Origin: Octopus bimaculoides
Lineage: Eukaryota
Direction of reading: 5' to 3'
Length of the DNA stretch: 58,340 nucleotides
NCBI RefSeq assembly: GCF_001194135.2
Contig: NC_068986.1
Coordinates: 71,877,057-71,935,396 of the forward strand
The notes beneath the pieces are model-generated. The model did no database searches. It saw only the letters and a list, made by a program, of their open reading frames with translations, and was not told where the DNA came from. Within the stretch, counting starts at the first letter, position 1. Each line of letters begins with the position of its first letter. Positions 38,888 to 53,149 of the stretch are shown here, one piece after another. The position numbers and the translations under genes are program-made.

Positions 38888-41500
38888 TTCCTCTCTCTCT
38901 CTCTCTTGATCTTTCTACCTCTCTTTGTTTTTTTCTTTCTTTTTATGGCTACCGCTGCTATTTTACCCCCAGAATGCAGTTTACTTCTGCTGCCTTGTTC
39001 TACCATATTTCTATAGGAAAACCGTTTACTTGACCTCGCAGGTTACAGCTGGTCAAAAGGCTGTTTTATATCCGATTCTCTCTTTACGTTATTTTACCGC
39101 AGACCCCTTTTATGTATAAATCGTACAGCAACTTACAAATACTCGTACCTACATACTCTGTTCTGGATTTTGTTTCTAGTTCAGACCATCTTCGTATGTA
39201 CTATTTACTCCTGATAACTTCCAGTGTTGCTATCGAACCCTGCAAAACATGTTATGGACCCGTCACAATTGTTTGAAACTATATTTTGTTTAGTTGATGG
39301 ATGATGATGGGCTTCTTTATATCTTATTTTACCGTCCGTTATGTAATGTCCATATTCATATTCTGTAGCTCTATAACTTTAGAAACCAAGTCCCTATTTA
39401 TTATAATTATCCATAAGACTTATTTCTACTACTAGAACAAAAAATAAATTGCACACTGTCCATCCGTAGCTACTCACAGATCTTAGTGCATTCTAGTAGT
39501 GACTCTATACAAAGACACCCAGCTGTCAGCAGCCCCCAAATCTGTCACAGGTGTTGCTTCAACCACCAAGAACAAGCTTTACATGTCATCCTATGACAAT
39601 CAGCCCTGTTTAGAGGCTACGAGAATCTTCTTGTTCGGAACAAAGAATCTGAACGATCCAGAGTACTTTTTTGCATCTGCAAGACTTGAAGAAATGCTAT
39701 ACCTGGCAATTACTAGCAAAATGAAATATTTAAACATGACAAAACGTGCTGAGCTCGCTACTTTCAATCATTTATGTACCTACCTACATACCTCTCTACC
39801 TACTTACCTACCAGAATAGATGTGTATGTATGTGTGTGGTGTGTGTGTGCATATATGTACATATATNNNNNNNNNNNNNNNNNNNNNNNNNNNNNNNNNN
39901 NNNNNNNNNNNNNNNNNNNNNNNNNNNNNNNNNNNNNNNNNNNNNNNNNNNNNNNTATATAATCAGTTAATTATCCATAAGTCAGAAAGAAAGAAAACAT
40001 TCATCATAAATAATTATATTTATAAACTAAAACGGTACTACATCCAGTGAAGGAACGCGAAATATCATTTAATATGCACAGTATTTAAATGCGGTTGCAC
40101 TTTATGTATCGAACAATACATTGCTGGTTATGACCGTTTATTCAAAATGTTACGCCCGGTTTCGCATCAGCTATGGAACTATGCCATATTGATATATCTT
40201 CAAATATACTGGCCGGAAACGCACAGCCTCTTTTATGTTGGAGGTATACACAGATCCCAGCTCCCTCGATCTTGATAAAAAGAACCGAAACAAAGCATAG
40301 TGAAAAATGACATCTTACGATTCGGTATGCCGTATTTTTACATGCAATGTACGTATCCTTGACTGGAATTAAAAAACAGGATATTTGTTTTGACCAAGAG
40401 ACCTGTCTGGAAAGCAGTTATTTGCTTTTTAAACAAAACCATTTGTAATTGTAAAACAAACATATGGAAGTGAAAAAGCTACGTTTAAAGTAGTATACAG
40501 AAACACAATCTCTTCTATGTGTATTTTGTAGATACGCTTACGTTGCTGGGAATTTCTAATAAGAAATAAGAGTAATATTAAATGATTTCACTCAAGGTAA
40601 CTGCTTAGCTGAGCGAAAAACTTGTAAACATAACCTTCTCTGCGCCATTATTGTTATTTTCAGTCAATACGCGTTGTTTGTTCGAATCAGCTTAGAAAAA
40701 CAGAAGTCGAAAAACGAAGATCTGGATATTTTCTCGTTTATTACCACTAGTTAAATTTCTTTTTACATGCAACTTCACATTTTATTGTTATTTTTTTGCA
40801 TTTGGTTTTGTTTCTTGTTTTGGCCTTTCATACTTAAAATCNNNNNNNNNNNNNNNNNNNNNNNNNNNNNNNNNNNNNNNNNNNNNNNNNNNNNNNNNNN
40901 NNNNNNNNNNNNNNNNNNNNNNNNNNNNNNNNNNNNNNNNNNNNNNNNNNNNNNNNNNNNNNNNNNNNNNNNNNNNNNNNNNNNNNNNNNNNNNNNNNNN
41001 NNNNNNNNNNNNNNNNNNNNNNNNNNNNNNNNNNNNNNNNNNNNNNNNNNNNNNNNNNNNNNNNNNNNNNNNNNNNNNNNNNNNNNNNNNNNNNNNNNNN
41101 NNNNNNNNNNNNNNNNNNNNNNNNNNNNNNNNNNNNNNNNNNNNNNNNNNNNNNNNNNNNNNNNNNNNNNNNNNNNNNNNNNNNNNNNNNNNNNNNNNNN
41201 NNNNNNNNNNNNNNNNNNNNNNNNNNNNNNNNNNNNNNNNNNNNNNNNNNNNNNNNNNNNNNNNNNNNNNNNNNNNNNNNNNNNNNNNNNNNNNNNNNNN
41301 NNNNNNNNNNNNNNNNNNNNNNNNNNNNNNNNNNNNNNNNNNNNNNNNNNNNNNNNNNNNNNNNNNNNNNNNNNNNNNNNNNNNNNNNNNNNNNNNNNNN
41401 NNNNNNNNNNNNNNNNNNNNNNNNNNNNNNNNNNNNNNNNNNNNNNNNNNNNNNNNNNNNNNNNNNNNNNNNNNNNNNNNNNNNNNNNNNNNNNNNNNAT

Positions 41501-41895
41501 ATAGGCGTAGGAGTGGCTGTGTGGTAAATAGCTTTCTTACGATCCACATGGTTCCGGGTTCAGTCCCACTGCGTGGCATCTTAGGCAAGTGTCTTCTACT
41601 ATAGCCTCGGCCCGACCAAAGCCTTGTGAGTGGATTTTGTAGACGGAAACTGAAAGAAGCCCGTTGTATATATGCATATATGTATGTGTGTGTATATGTT
41701 TGTGTGTCTGTGTTTGTCCCCCAACATCGCTTAACAACCGATGCTGGTGTGTTTACGTCCCCGTAACTTAGCAGTTCGGCAGAATAATTACTAGGCTTAC
41801 AAAGAGTAAGTCCTTAGGTCGATTTGCTCGTCTAAAGGCGGTGCTCCAGCATGGCCACAGTCAAATGACTGAAACAAGTAAAAGAGTAAAGAGTA
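41501..41895 (+). mobile_element. tRNA-derived SINE family B, full length (CORE-like cttgggcaag motif, internal (TA/TG) microsatellite)
   Basis: A-box-like TGGCTGTGTGG, B-box-like GGGTTCAGTCCC and a tail of gtaaaagagtaaagag. Homologous to 49207 and 57262. Confidence 0.88.
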
Positions 41896-42341
41896 ATATC
41901 TACTGCCTGTCTAAGAAACCATAAGTCCGAAAAAGTGTGCACTTGTATATTTGTCAATAGAGTGGGTACATTAATCAATGTGTACAGTATTATATAATAT
42001 TGTTCACTTCGATCAATATGTAAAAAAATTGTTTATTTATGACTCTGTATGTCACTGAGATGATGACACGGGAGTGAACTTCTAGTGCAATTTGAAACGC
42101 AATGAGAATCAATTGACATATAATCAGAGACAGATTTGAAGTTGATTAGACAGGGGTCGTCACTTTTCATAGATTTTGCCAAGTAGAAACACCCTGGTCA
42201 AACTTGATGAAGCCAAACGTATGATGAAAAGCTTATAACTGTCCTATCTTTTATTCAAGCATTATATATCTTGGACTAACCAATAAACCAATGTACTCTC
42301 CGATTTTTAGGTCATAGCATGTTCTTTCAGATTGATTACAC

Positions 42342-42415
<74 letters not shown>

Positions 42416-43555
42416 TTCCTTAGATATGTAGTGTATCCTAATAATCGATCCAGTCTTCTATTCGTTTGACGAGTGCAGTTGGATAGAACAAATTGTAATT
42501 CTTCACGTATCATTCATTAATCTATACACACAAAAAATATATATGAGAGGAATCGCCAAAAGCTTGTATGTATACATATGTGTGTAGGTATGTATGATGT
42601 ATGGAAGTATGAGTCTAAAGAATGTTGGTATGTAAAAGCAGAAATACATATATACCAAGGACAGTGTATATACGTATTCAGTTATGAATTAGAAGCAGCA
42701 CTGGTATTGTAAACATTATCGACGGCACATACTCAATGTATGTGTTTTTCTTGTTCGCTGATACGCTCACGGTTAATGTGGTGGGGATAACTCTCTCAAA
42801 GAGCTGGGTGTTAAAACACTTGAAAGTCATAGACAGGCGGGACAACTTGCCCCTAATCCCATTCAAGATTGATGGATACCATTATTTCGGCATTTTAGTG
42901 GTTTATCAACATCATGTACCTGAATTGGACCGGAGGCAAATCGAGTCGTCGCCAGCCTATGATTATATAAAAATAATGTAAAAACATTTGCTTGTAAGCC
43001 ACGACGATGTAAACGGCAGATTAAATTCAATTATGTAAGCAATTTTGTAAACATTATCAGCGGTACATCCTCAGTGTATGTGCCTTGCTCGTTTGCCGGT
43101 ACGCTGCACATAGCGCGCTGGAGATGAGCCCAGAAACATCTGTCGGACCTTAAATATCAGTCTTCTCCCCCTTTGTTTTCAGTATTTTTTGCACACAATG
43201 TAAATTTCTTCTGCAAATATATGAATATCTATATGCCTATACAAGAGTGTTCATCTTCTGAATAATTTCAGGTTTTGTTTCTCTATATATCTCTCTATAT
43301 ATTTAAATGTGTATATGTATGTATCTATATATTATATACCAAGCCCAAGCGTGTTTATATGCATCACTATCTCCACATCAGTTCTTCTGGATTCTCTTAC
43401 AGCCCCATTTTACCCCGCAGACCTAGCCAGCGATAAAAACTCTGGAGTGTAAATTCAAATCATCTGAGCACTACTACGTGTTTTCTATATTGAGCACATC
43501 TAAATCTCACCTCTTGACTCTCTCTCCTCCTCTCTGTCTCTCTCTCTTACCCCTC

Positions 43556-43610
<55 letters not shown>

Positions 43611-43620
43611 NNNNNNNNNN

Positions 43621-43710
<90 letters not shown>

Positions 43711-45259
43711 TTGCAATTTCTCCAAATAGAATAATCTTACAGCATCGCTTGTCACACAGGTGAACAAGAAACGTTTTCGTCAGCAGACAAATTATTTGAA
43801 ATTAAACTAGACACTACTCGCTATATACTTTTAAAATAAAAAAATATATATATTTTAGCGTTGAACCTTTAACGTCTAGAGCCTGAGTTCAATGTTTAAA
43901 ATGAAGATTTCATCATTCGTCAAAAACACATGAGAAAAAGATAGCTGCTTCTAACGAGTTCAGTAGTAAAAGCCAGAAACAATTCAAACATGAGTTATGT
44001 AGGATTACACCTCAGTTCAAAAACCTTAATCAGTTTAAAGTATCACTCATCATTTAAAGGGCGTCAAAGCAAACCGTGATCTCATAGTATTGTCTCAAAC
44101 TCAACAAATGAAGAAGACGTAATTCAATTCTGCTACTGCAACTGTCTATGTCAAACAAGAAAAAGAGACGCCACCATTATCAGTTTTAGCAACAAGCTTT
44201 CTAAAATCCTAAGTACATAAGCTCTCATATTAGAGAGACTATCAGGATAATTTTAAACAAATCATAGTTGTTAAATGATCTATAATTGTAGTGCGAAATT
44301 GTTATAGAGGAGAATTAGAGATTCGTACAAAGAAAGCAAAGCCAACACTTGGTGTTCTTTTATGTAAATGAAAATCTAATTGGCTTATTAGTATCATTTT
44401 TATATTTTATTGCTTCATATTTTTTTCCAAAAAATAAAAATAAAGAAAATGTGTATAAAATTGCGTGGAATTTTGCTCAAAAGATTATTTTATATATATC
44501 GAGGAAATGTAATGGTTGTATTTTAAAAGTGTATATTTTTTTGTCAATTAAATGAATTTATGTGCTTAAAATTATATTTCACGTTCCTCTAGTAACAAGG
44601 TTTATTATAATAGTAAAATTTAAAATTTGGATTAATTTAAAAAACTGAATATTTGGTAAAAATTATTTTTCAGCGATTTTGCTATTACTTCAGTCATACC
44701 AAACGACCGTGTAGGAGTCTCTTTCATTTCCTCTGCTGTTTCAGCAATCATCCATGCATGCAGAAATGAGCGATCGCGTTTAACAATATCCGGAAAGCTG
44801 GTATGTGGTGAGGTGGATATTCCGAAATTCAAGAGGAGGAGCGGAATTTTTTTTTTTTAATTTCTATATTTTTCCACGTAGAATTACCACCACTACCATC
44901 ACCACACTAAACACACACACACACAAAATCGGGATAATCAAAAAATTAAAAAATTGTTTATTTGGTGTGTAGTGTGGTATTTAAAAAAAAATTTGGCAAA
45001 ATTGTAATTCCAGATTTTGAAAACAAGGGATTTCCAGAAAAAAATTTGGAAAACAATGAAATATTCGACACGTCCACTTTAATTTTTTCCACTTTTCCAC
45101 TGTTTATACTCACAAATTCCCGATATTGCCAATCAATACTTTGCCCGGATCCTATTGTTTACTTTGTTTATACATAGGTGTGTACGTGTGTATGCATATA
45201 CATACATACATACATACATACATACATACATACATACATACATACACACACACATATAC

Positions 45260-46300
45260 ACAGGTGAAACAGCTTCTCAAGACATAACTGTGCTGAATGT
45301 CAGTTAGCAAGTCATTTTCTTGTAAGAACATGATCAGTTGCTTTCTGTTAACTACTTCTATGACTTTGCAGGCATATGAAATCAAAGAGATAGGCTTGCA
45401 ATATTTAGCATCTGTTCTGTTTCCTCTTTTATGAATAGGGCGTATTACACCTTTTGACTTTTGGGGGAATTTTTCACTTGCATGAAAGCATTGGAAAAGT
45501 ATCAGAATTGGATTAGATAAAAGCATGTTTACATATTTTTTTAAGAGAATTTCTGAGAATCCATTAAGACCAGTTGCTGAGTTCAAGTTCATTTCACCTA
45601 TGACCGAATTTTCTCTTTTGCGTCAATATAATCGATAGTTACAACTTCCGCATGTAGAGATGTAGTGTCGTAGAACTCACGCAGTTTATTTATTTGAAAG
45701 TGCACCAAATGGAGGTGAAAACATCTTTGAATTGTTCATTCAATATGTCTCTTATACCTTTGGGATCTGCTGTCAGTGAATTAGCTCCTTACCACAGTTG
45801 CCCTATTTTTTTATATATTAAAGTTAATTCCCTTGCAAATTTATAGAAAGCTTCAGGGTTCATTTTTATACTTTGTATAGTATTGTTATTTTCCCATTGT
45901 GATTTCTCCTTTTGATGAAATTGATTTTGTTCTGTTTCTATAAATGTTCTTTTTAGGTGGTGGGGGGGGGGTTCGCTATTCTTCGAATTTTCCCATAAGT
46001 GACGTGAGATCTTTGATCTCCGTCTTATAAGAATTTTTTCTTTCTCCTGGAATTATAGGTTTTGTGAATGTTGGTTTTTCTTTCCGGAACAACGTTAATG
46101 CATATGGCATGCATTATGACATAAATTGTCTTGCACAGATGAACTTTCAGGCTTGTTTTCTTTAAATATCTAATTTTGAATCGTTTCCAGTCAGCTTTTA
46201 GGAAGTTGAGGCTGGATAGATTTCAAGATTTTTTAATAAGTTTGTCCGGTTTGTTTAGCAACTTTTCTATCTTTGTAAAGTATATCTTCAAATTTGACAT
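45260..46300 (-). mobile_element. CR1/L2-like APE-type LINE fragment (post-APE linker and N-terminal RT)
   Basis: LNFLKADW, IGQL...TADPKGIRDILNEQFKDVFT and SATGLNG...IRPIHKRGNR..AKYCKPISLIS.ACKVIE...ENDLLTDIQHSY..RSCFT. Confidence 0.85.
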
Positions 46301-46579
46301 AATTTGAGCTATCTACTGGACAGTAACTACATTATATGTATTATTAGGATGTTAGAAACCAAATCTTAGTATAATAGCAAGACTAAGAATTTAAGGTCCT
46401 GCACCTACATATATACTTGTAGTTTCAGGTTCTGTTACTCTTCTCTTTGGTATATGAAATATTCTCAATAAATCCGCTATTTATGACTTGATAATGGTAT
46501 GGGGCGCTAAAAATTACTCATTAGCTGATATTCTAGAAATTCAGAGAGAAATATTATAAACTGTTTTTAATTATCAGTT

Positions 46580-47550
46580 TAAGATGGGCTGGTTATTTGA
46601 TAACATTGTGGAGCGCCTCCTTGGAATACCTGAGAGGATAATGAAGACCCATTATATTGGTTCAATGTCACATCCAGGGTATTAACTACACAAAAGTTAA
46701 AATCAGCAATGATCTTTAGTCTTAGTTCTCTGAAGAATCTGTGGATGTCATTACTAAGGCGTTCTATTTTCCAGGAGTCAGTGCTGGTTTGGTCGCAAGT
46801 ATATGATCTCAATGTATACCATCTCCCAACATTAGGTATCTTGCCTTCGTGTTATAGAGAATATATAGGGTTTGACAAAATCTGTTACCTTCACCGAATC
46901 ACTCTCAGATATATTCGAAAAGGAGTTTCAGCTATCTTTTCATCCATAATAAGTTGTTGAAATACCCTATAGTCTTTCTAGTATATCGGGTAGAGAGCGT
47001 ATGATTGAGGCATAGTAATAGTCTATGTCGAACTGGGTGAATCTCGTAGTACATATCTTATTACATGTACCCCTGAACGACTCAGTTATTTTAAATGTGT
47101 TGACCAACAGGCTGTGTGTTACCTGGTGTTTGGTCTGTAAAATATTTTTCAATCGTACCCAAGTTCGACTTAATGGGGTTGATCAATCTAATAAGTAGAA
47201 TGTTGGCCAAATCTTGGTTTAGGATTTTTCAGTGCGAGGTGTGACTGTCTGCGGTTAAGTAGTTTAGTTCTGTCCTGAAATTTCAGAGTAGTAGTAATAA
47301 TTCTTTTTTTCGGTTGTGTTGATGTTGCCCAAAGTTATAGTATTGTTTTTTGGTTTTATTCATATATCGATATTGTATGATTATTTCTAGTTAACCTACC
47401 TTGTACTCGCCTAATTATACATCTGTTCCAAGTTACTTTGTACTCCCACTATATGAGTTGAACCACATTAATGTCTTTTGGGGTTTTTGTATTTCATGTT
47501 TCGCAGTAGTGTTACAAGGAAACTTACCAAATGACTATGCTACTACTAGC
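46580..47550 (-). mobile_element. Penelope-like RT fragment
   Basis: HLALKNPKPRF, RLINPIKSNLGTIEK, FTQFDIDYYYASI, DSVKVTDFVKPLYIL..LGDGIH*D (cf. DGAEVCELVGLY..GLYRDD) and ERLSNDIHRFFRELRLKII..VVNTLDVTLN. Confidence 0.8.
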
Positions 47551-48245
47551 ACAGTAATACATAAATACAATTAATTCGACATAACTTTTTAAAAGCATAA
47601 CAGAATACATTATTTCCAACAGAAAATTAAGTCGGTCCGAATAAAATTACTTCCTTTGAACTATATTTGAAATAAGTAAAATTATGAGCAATTAGATTGC
47701 TACGCATCTTACCTTACAACACGTCACTTAAGTTAGAAAATATTCTTTGTGTTCTTATAGATACACTAATAATAAGTTACGCTTCTACACAAGATGTAGT
47801 ATAGACAGGAGTTCGTTTGAGAAATTTAGCTGTCATAAGTTTACGAAAATAACACTGCCAGACATATGCTATATTTGAAAAAAAAAAGGCTAAGTTTAAA
47901 AGAAAAATATATTTATAAATAAATAATAGGAATCTAATTAAGAAATCGAACTGGTTTTGTTCCTAATGAATTGAAAACAATGTAATGTATAGAAATATAC
48001 ACATACAGATATATATACATCCTTTCCAATAGTTCATACATTTTCAACTCATATAAGCATAATAAAACAAACTAAAACAGTATTCACTCATGAGAAAGTA
48101 TAAATAGACATAGATTGAGGTGATATATTCGAACACTTACTATATAAATACATGAACAGCATACAGATATAAATATGCCCATATAGATACATATGCAGAA
48201 ACATGTATAAGAGCACACATACATTTGTATGTATACACACAAGTA

Positions 48246-48281
<36 letters not shown>

Positions 48282-48329
48282 TACATTTATATAATACAGT
48301 CCATTAAGATATAAAAATATTAATTACTA

Positions 48330-50560
48330 AACGACAGTGAAATTCTCACTCCAATAGATCATATTAAGGCGTACGAACCCTATCGAGATGATTTTGGAGT
48401 AATGTCATACAAAACCGAACCCAAAATACTCTCTTAAAGTACTTTGATGATGATTTATGTTTATTTTGGTTAAAAATATCACATTTCGTGAAAATCTAAG
48501 TTTATTCAAGCAAAAACTACGTACGAGGATTAAAAACACTCGTAATTCCAGTGGTTTTCATGTACACTGATAAAACAAGCATACGTTACCTGCCAGATAA
48601 AGAAGCATACCTCCGTTTCATCTCTAAAACATTATCAAACGATTACCGAAAAAAAATGACGTTAACAAACATAGCCTGATTAATCCCAAGGTATGGAAAC
48701 TACTACAGGATCATGACTGCACTGAATCTCTGTTATTTAATCCATTCCATTTTAATCTAAAGACAACGAATCCGACTTTAGTCGAACCATTCAATTCATT
48801 TAATAAACCTATAGAATCCGATAATGGTTTCCTGAGTAAGAGTATTCTAGAGAAAATTCTGCTTTTAGCAATCATTTGCAATTAAATTTATGGAAAAGTA
48901 CTGAAGCTGTAATTAACTCATTTGATTCTTTCTCTAACAAACAACTAACTAAATTTCTTCAATTTAGTATGTTGCATTATTATGTTTCTATAACTGCTAG
49001 TTTATTTCATTTACTCCGCAAAGCAAACAGACTAGTCTGATATTGACATTATCATCTTCACTGGAAAAACTAGGATTTATTATGATAATTCTATCTAGAA
49101 CTCTTTGCAAATACTTTTAGATCGATACGGGTGCCGGCGGCTTGGCAGAAGTAATATTTTGTTGGACTATACTTGCTGAAGTAAATGTAAATAATTGGTA
49201 AGAAGCTGGGCGCAGGCGTGGCTGTGTGGTAAGAAGCTTCCTTCTCAACCTTATGGTTTGGGGTTACGTCCCATTGCGTGGCACCCCGATGCGGATGTCT
49301 TCTACTAGAGCCTCGGGCCAACCACAACTTTGTGAGTGGATTTGGTAGACGGAAACTGAAAGAAGCCCATCGTATACCTGTGTGCGTGTGTGTGCATGTA
49401 TGTATTATGTATGTATGTGTACCTATATGTATGTATGTATGTGTACCTTTGTGTCTATGTTTGTTCCCCTATCACATTTTGACAACTGGTGTCAGTGAAT
49501 TTACGTCTCCGTAACTTGGCGGTTCTGGGTTTATAAAATTAAGTCCTGGGGTTGATTTATTCAATTAAAACTCTTCAAGGTTGTGCTCCAGCATGGCTGC
49601 AGTCAAATGACTGAAACAAGTAAAAATAAAAGAATAAAAGAATATCCTCAAGTCAAGAGTAGATTATACCGCAACGACAATGGTTTCATACTCACCGATG
49701 TCAGCCGAAGAAAAAACGAACTACCAAATCTCTTGACACAACCTCTGATGGTCTTTATTAACCACTATCTTAAACCCAATGATTCCTTAAATTATGTACG
49801 TATTAAACTATGTACTCCCCTACCTAGATGCATCGTTAATAATTTAACTAAAAACATATCTTGAATTACTTAATGTTTCAACTAACGAACAAGTGTTCAA
49901 AGACTATTCAAATTATTGTCATGAAACTGTAACAAGAAGTGAATATTCTGAAAAATTTGAAGACATTCCTATGACAGAAAACTACAGGAATGGAAGAAAC
50001 TAGTGAAGAAAGGTCTGTTGGTATAATTTTCCACCTCTCAACCTAAAATATCTTTTATTTTTAGAAATAAACCTCTAGATCCGATACTATTGTATCTTGC
50101 ATGAAAACATTGTCAACGTATCCTACACCTAACTTTACATGTAACTTTGCTATTTCTAACTCGGCTAAATTACATCGAATAACTATACCACACCCGATAA
50201 GAATTTCAGTACCCCTAATCACTACCCTCTGTCTAAACTGCTTAAGAAAAGAGTTTACAACAGTAGCTTTACAATACGTAGAATAACTAAAGTTTACATT
50301 AGTCTCACTTCAAATTCGTCCAAAGAAATATTTTATTCACACATCGCATTTTTTTAAGAATCCTGATGGTCTTTATTGGTTTTTATCTGGAAGCTGAAAG
50401 ATGATGGTATTCTTTCTAATATTAGATTGAAGATAATTAAAACATGCTCCATCCTATATAGGGATTCAAAAAGCTTGTAACTTCAAAAAGCTAAACATCT
50501 ATTTTCTTAGAACCTGCTATAAAATAAGCGCCCTGAACCATAAAATCCCAAACACCCTCC
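48330..50560 (+). mobile_element. Penelope-like element remnant (RT and GIY-YIG), interrupted by a SINE
   Basis: HxDKTS, P..SDNGFLSKSILEKI, LNLWKSTEAVI, LQFSMLHYYVSIT, VGLYLL, LYRNDNG, NVSTNEQVFK, VYISLTSNSSKE and FIWKLKDDGI..NI.LKII occur in PLE order. Heavily degraded. Confidence 0.75.
49207..49642 (+). mobile_element. SINE family B inserted in the PLE
   Basis: ggcgcaggcgtggctgtgtggtaagaag...gtgctccagcatggctgcagtcaaatgactgaaacaagtaaaa. Confidence 0.88.
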
Positions 50561-51009
50561 TTAATTTTAAAATATCGTTCTTCCTACCAGTGCAATTGTG
50601 TAACTGTTATCTGTGTTTTAACAACTACACTACCCACTTAATTTTAGGATACTTAAGGCCACTCATTTAAAAAGGAGTATCAGCGACTACCGAGTCATTA
50701 ACCCTGCCATGAACTGGCATTCCATTCAGTTAGGAGTCTTGTAACCTTAGGGACTTAAACGCTCCGGAACCTGGGGAAAATACATGCTTAATGGACGTGT
50801 AGACTCGAGACACACTTTCACTTGACCTAATTTGATATTTGTACCTGCTTTGTGTATACATACATACATGTCTATACTTCGCCTATATCTATGTTTTATT
50901 GTAAGGTGTTTACTCATATGCAACTAATATTTATTTCTGAGCATTCACTCGTGCTTCGAGTTGAGTTCGACATGACGTTTCAATACAGCGTTACTCTTTT
51001 CCTTCCTCG

Positions 51010-52210
51010 AAATGTCAATAAGCAGAAACAGACCTCTAGACAATTTTTCTCTCCAATTTTTCAACATCCGTGGTTTTAGTTCCAATCTAGATCCCACCCT
51101 TTATCTCTTACACGCAGGCCACATCTTATTCTTCATTCAGTCCCTCAATCCCTATGACCAACCCACTTCAGCACTCCAGATTACAATCTTTATCCGTAAA
51201 CGTGATGCCCTGTCTGTACTCACGTATATGTTCCACTCCCCTTGTCACACAGGGAGAGTGGAACACACGTGGATATCAGCAATAATGTCTACTAACTACT
51301 CTTGATCAAAATATACGCCTCTGACATAAATACTTCTACTTCCTCTGCCATTTCCGTAAACCTCGAACCGCTTGCTTGTTTTCAACCTTTTCTGCATTGA
51401 AAATATATATCTTAGTTCACCCCCTCTCCGAAGTCATCGGCCTTGGTGACTTCAACATTCCAAACTCCACATGGTGACCTCCTCCTCTCGTTCTAATGGT
51501 GTCAGTACAGAAGCCGATTCTTTTGTAACCCTCAATTCTCTTCATCAACTTTTCTCATCTTCTACACATATTCAAGATCAGCACTCTGGTACCCCAAACA
51601 ACCTTTGCCTCTTTCTCACTTTCACACCAAATCTATAACAAATGTCACCTCATCTATTGAGTCATCCGACCACTACCTCATTACAGTTACCCATCAAGCA
51701 GAATCCACTACGCCCTGTACCCTATAGCGCTTCCAGTCAGCAGAATGGGTGTAGCTCGCTAATTGTAATACCAACTATTCCTGCTTGTGTATGTACTTCA
51801 CTACTTCTGACTCGTCAGAAATAGCTAGATCGACGACTGAAACACAACAAAGGCCCAGTGCCGAAAGTCTCTCGAGTGGTTCGCGCATATTTGTAATGAA
51901 GCTGTTCAACAAATAGAAAACTCATCCACTCAGCCAAAACTGGTTGGAGTGTATGCAACAACGAAACATCTGCAGGGCTATTATCTGATTGACAAAAGGT
52001 GATTTTGTGCATCGTGCAGCTCCCAAAGTATTCCATTTTCCAGAGAGCAACCGATCATTTTGATCTTTTGGTAAAAGGTTTTCCACAAAAATGTTTACAG
52101 AAGTTTCTTGTCATGCACTTCACAACCTTTACTTTTCCTGCCTTCTTTACTGCCAACTCTCCAGGCACTTGACAAAGCTCATCCAATTCTAACCTTTACC
52201 ACTTTTCAGA
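51010..52210 (+). mobile_element. APE-type LINE (Jockey/I/CR1-group-like), degraded endonuclease region
   Basis: FFNIRGFSSNL, VIGLGDFNIPNSTW, PNNLCLFLT and SSDHYLI are APE catalytic motifs in the expected order. Confidence 0.8.
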
Positions 52211-53149
52211 ATAGCTGTCTTGCATACACGCGTGATATTTGCGAAGAGATCTTGATTCATTACAGAACGAAAGTGGCCACCGATCTTTCCCGTTAATTTC
52301 GTGTGCATGCGTGTGTGTGTGTGTGTGNNNNNNNNNNNNNNNNNNNNNNNNNNNNNNNNNNNNNNNNNNNNNNNNNNNNNNNNNNNNNNNNNNNNNNNNN
52401 NNNNNNNNNNNNNNNNNNNNNNNNNNNNNNNNNNNNNNNNNNNNNNNNNNNNNNNNNNNNNNNNNNNNNNNNNNNNNNNNNNNNNNNNNNNNNNNNNNNN
52501 NNNNNNNNNNNNNNNNNNNNNNNNNNNNNNNNNNNNNNNNNNNNNNNNNNNNNNNNNNNNNNNNNNNNNNNNNNNNNNNNNNNNNNNNNNNNNNNNNNNN
52601 NNNNNNNNNNNNNNNNNNNNNNNNNNNNNNNNNNNNNNNNNNNNNNNNNNNNNNNNNNNNNNNNNNNNNNNNNNNNNNNNNNNNNNNNNNNNNNNNNNNN
52701 NNNNNNNNNNNNNNNNNNNNNNNNNNNNNNNNNNNNNNNNNNNNNNNNNNNNNNNNNNNNNNNNNNNNNNNNNNNNNNNNNNNNNNNNNNNNNNNNNNNN
52801 NNNNNNNNNNNNNNNNNNNNNNNNNNNNNNNNNNNNNNNNNNNNNNNNNNNNNNNNNNNNNNNNNNNNNNNNNNNNNNNNNNNNNNNNNNNNNNNNNNNN
52901 NNNNNNNNNNNNNNNNNNNNNNNNNNNNNNNNNNNNNNNNNNNNNNNNNNNNNNNNNNNNNNNNNNNNNNNNNNNNNNNNNNNNNNNNNNNNNNNNNNNN
53001 NNNNNNCGATCTATACACACGCGAATTAATCGGTATTTTTTACGTGTATTCACAAGTATATAAAAATATATAAAAATTCCACTTCTTATGTTCCACGAAT
53101 TTACGTGTTTCTCGCAAGGCATTTTTAGCAACTAATTGAGAACAGTGAT

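Noticed and set aside
44900-45130. Possible MITE with aatcgggat/attcccgat ends; also a hAT-like end (gggaatcactac) at ~55870
   Set aside because: The inverted match is short and imperfect, with no TSD or second copy in the window.
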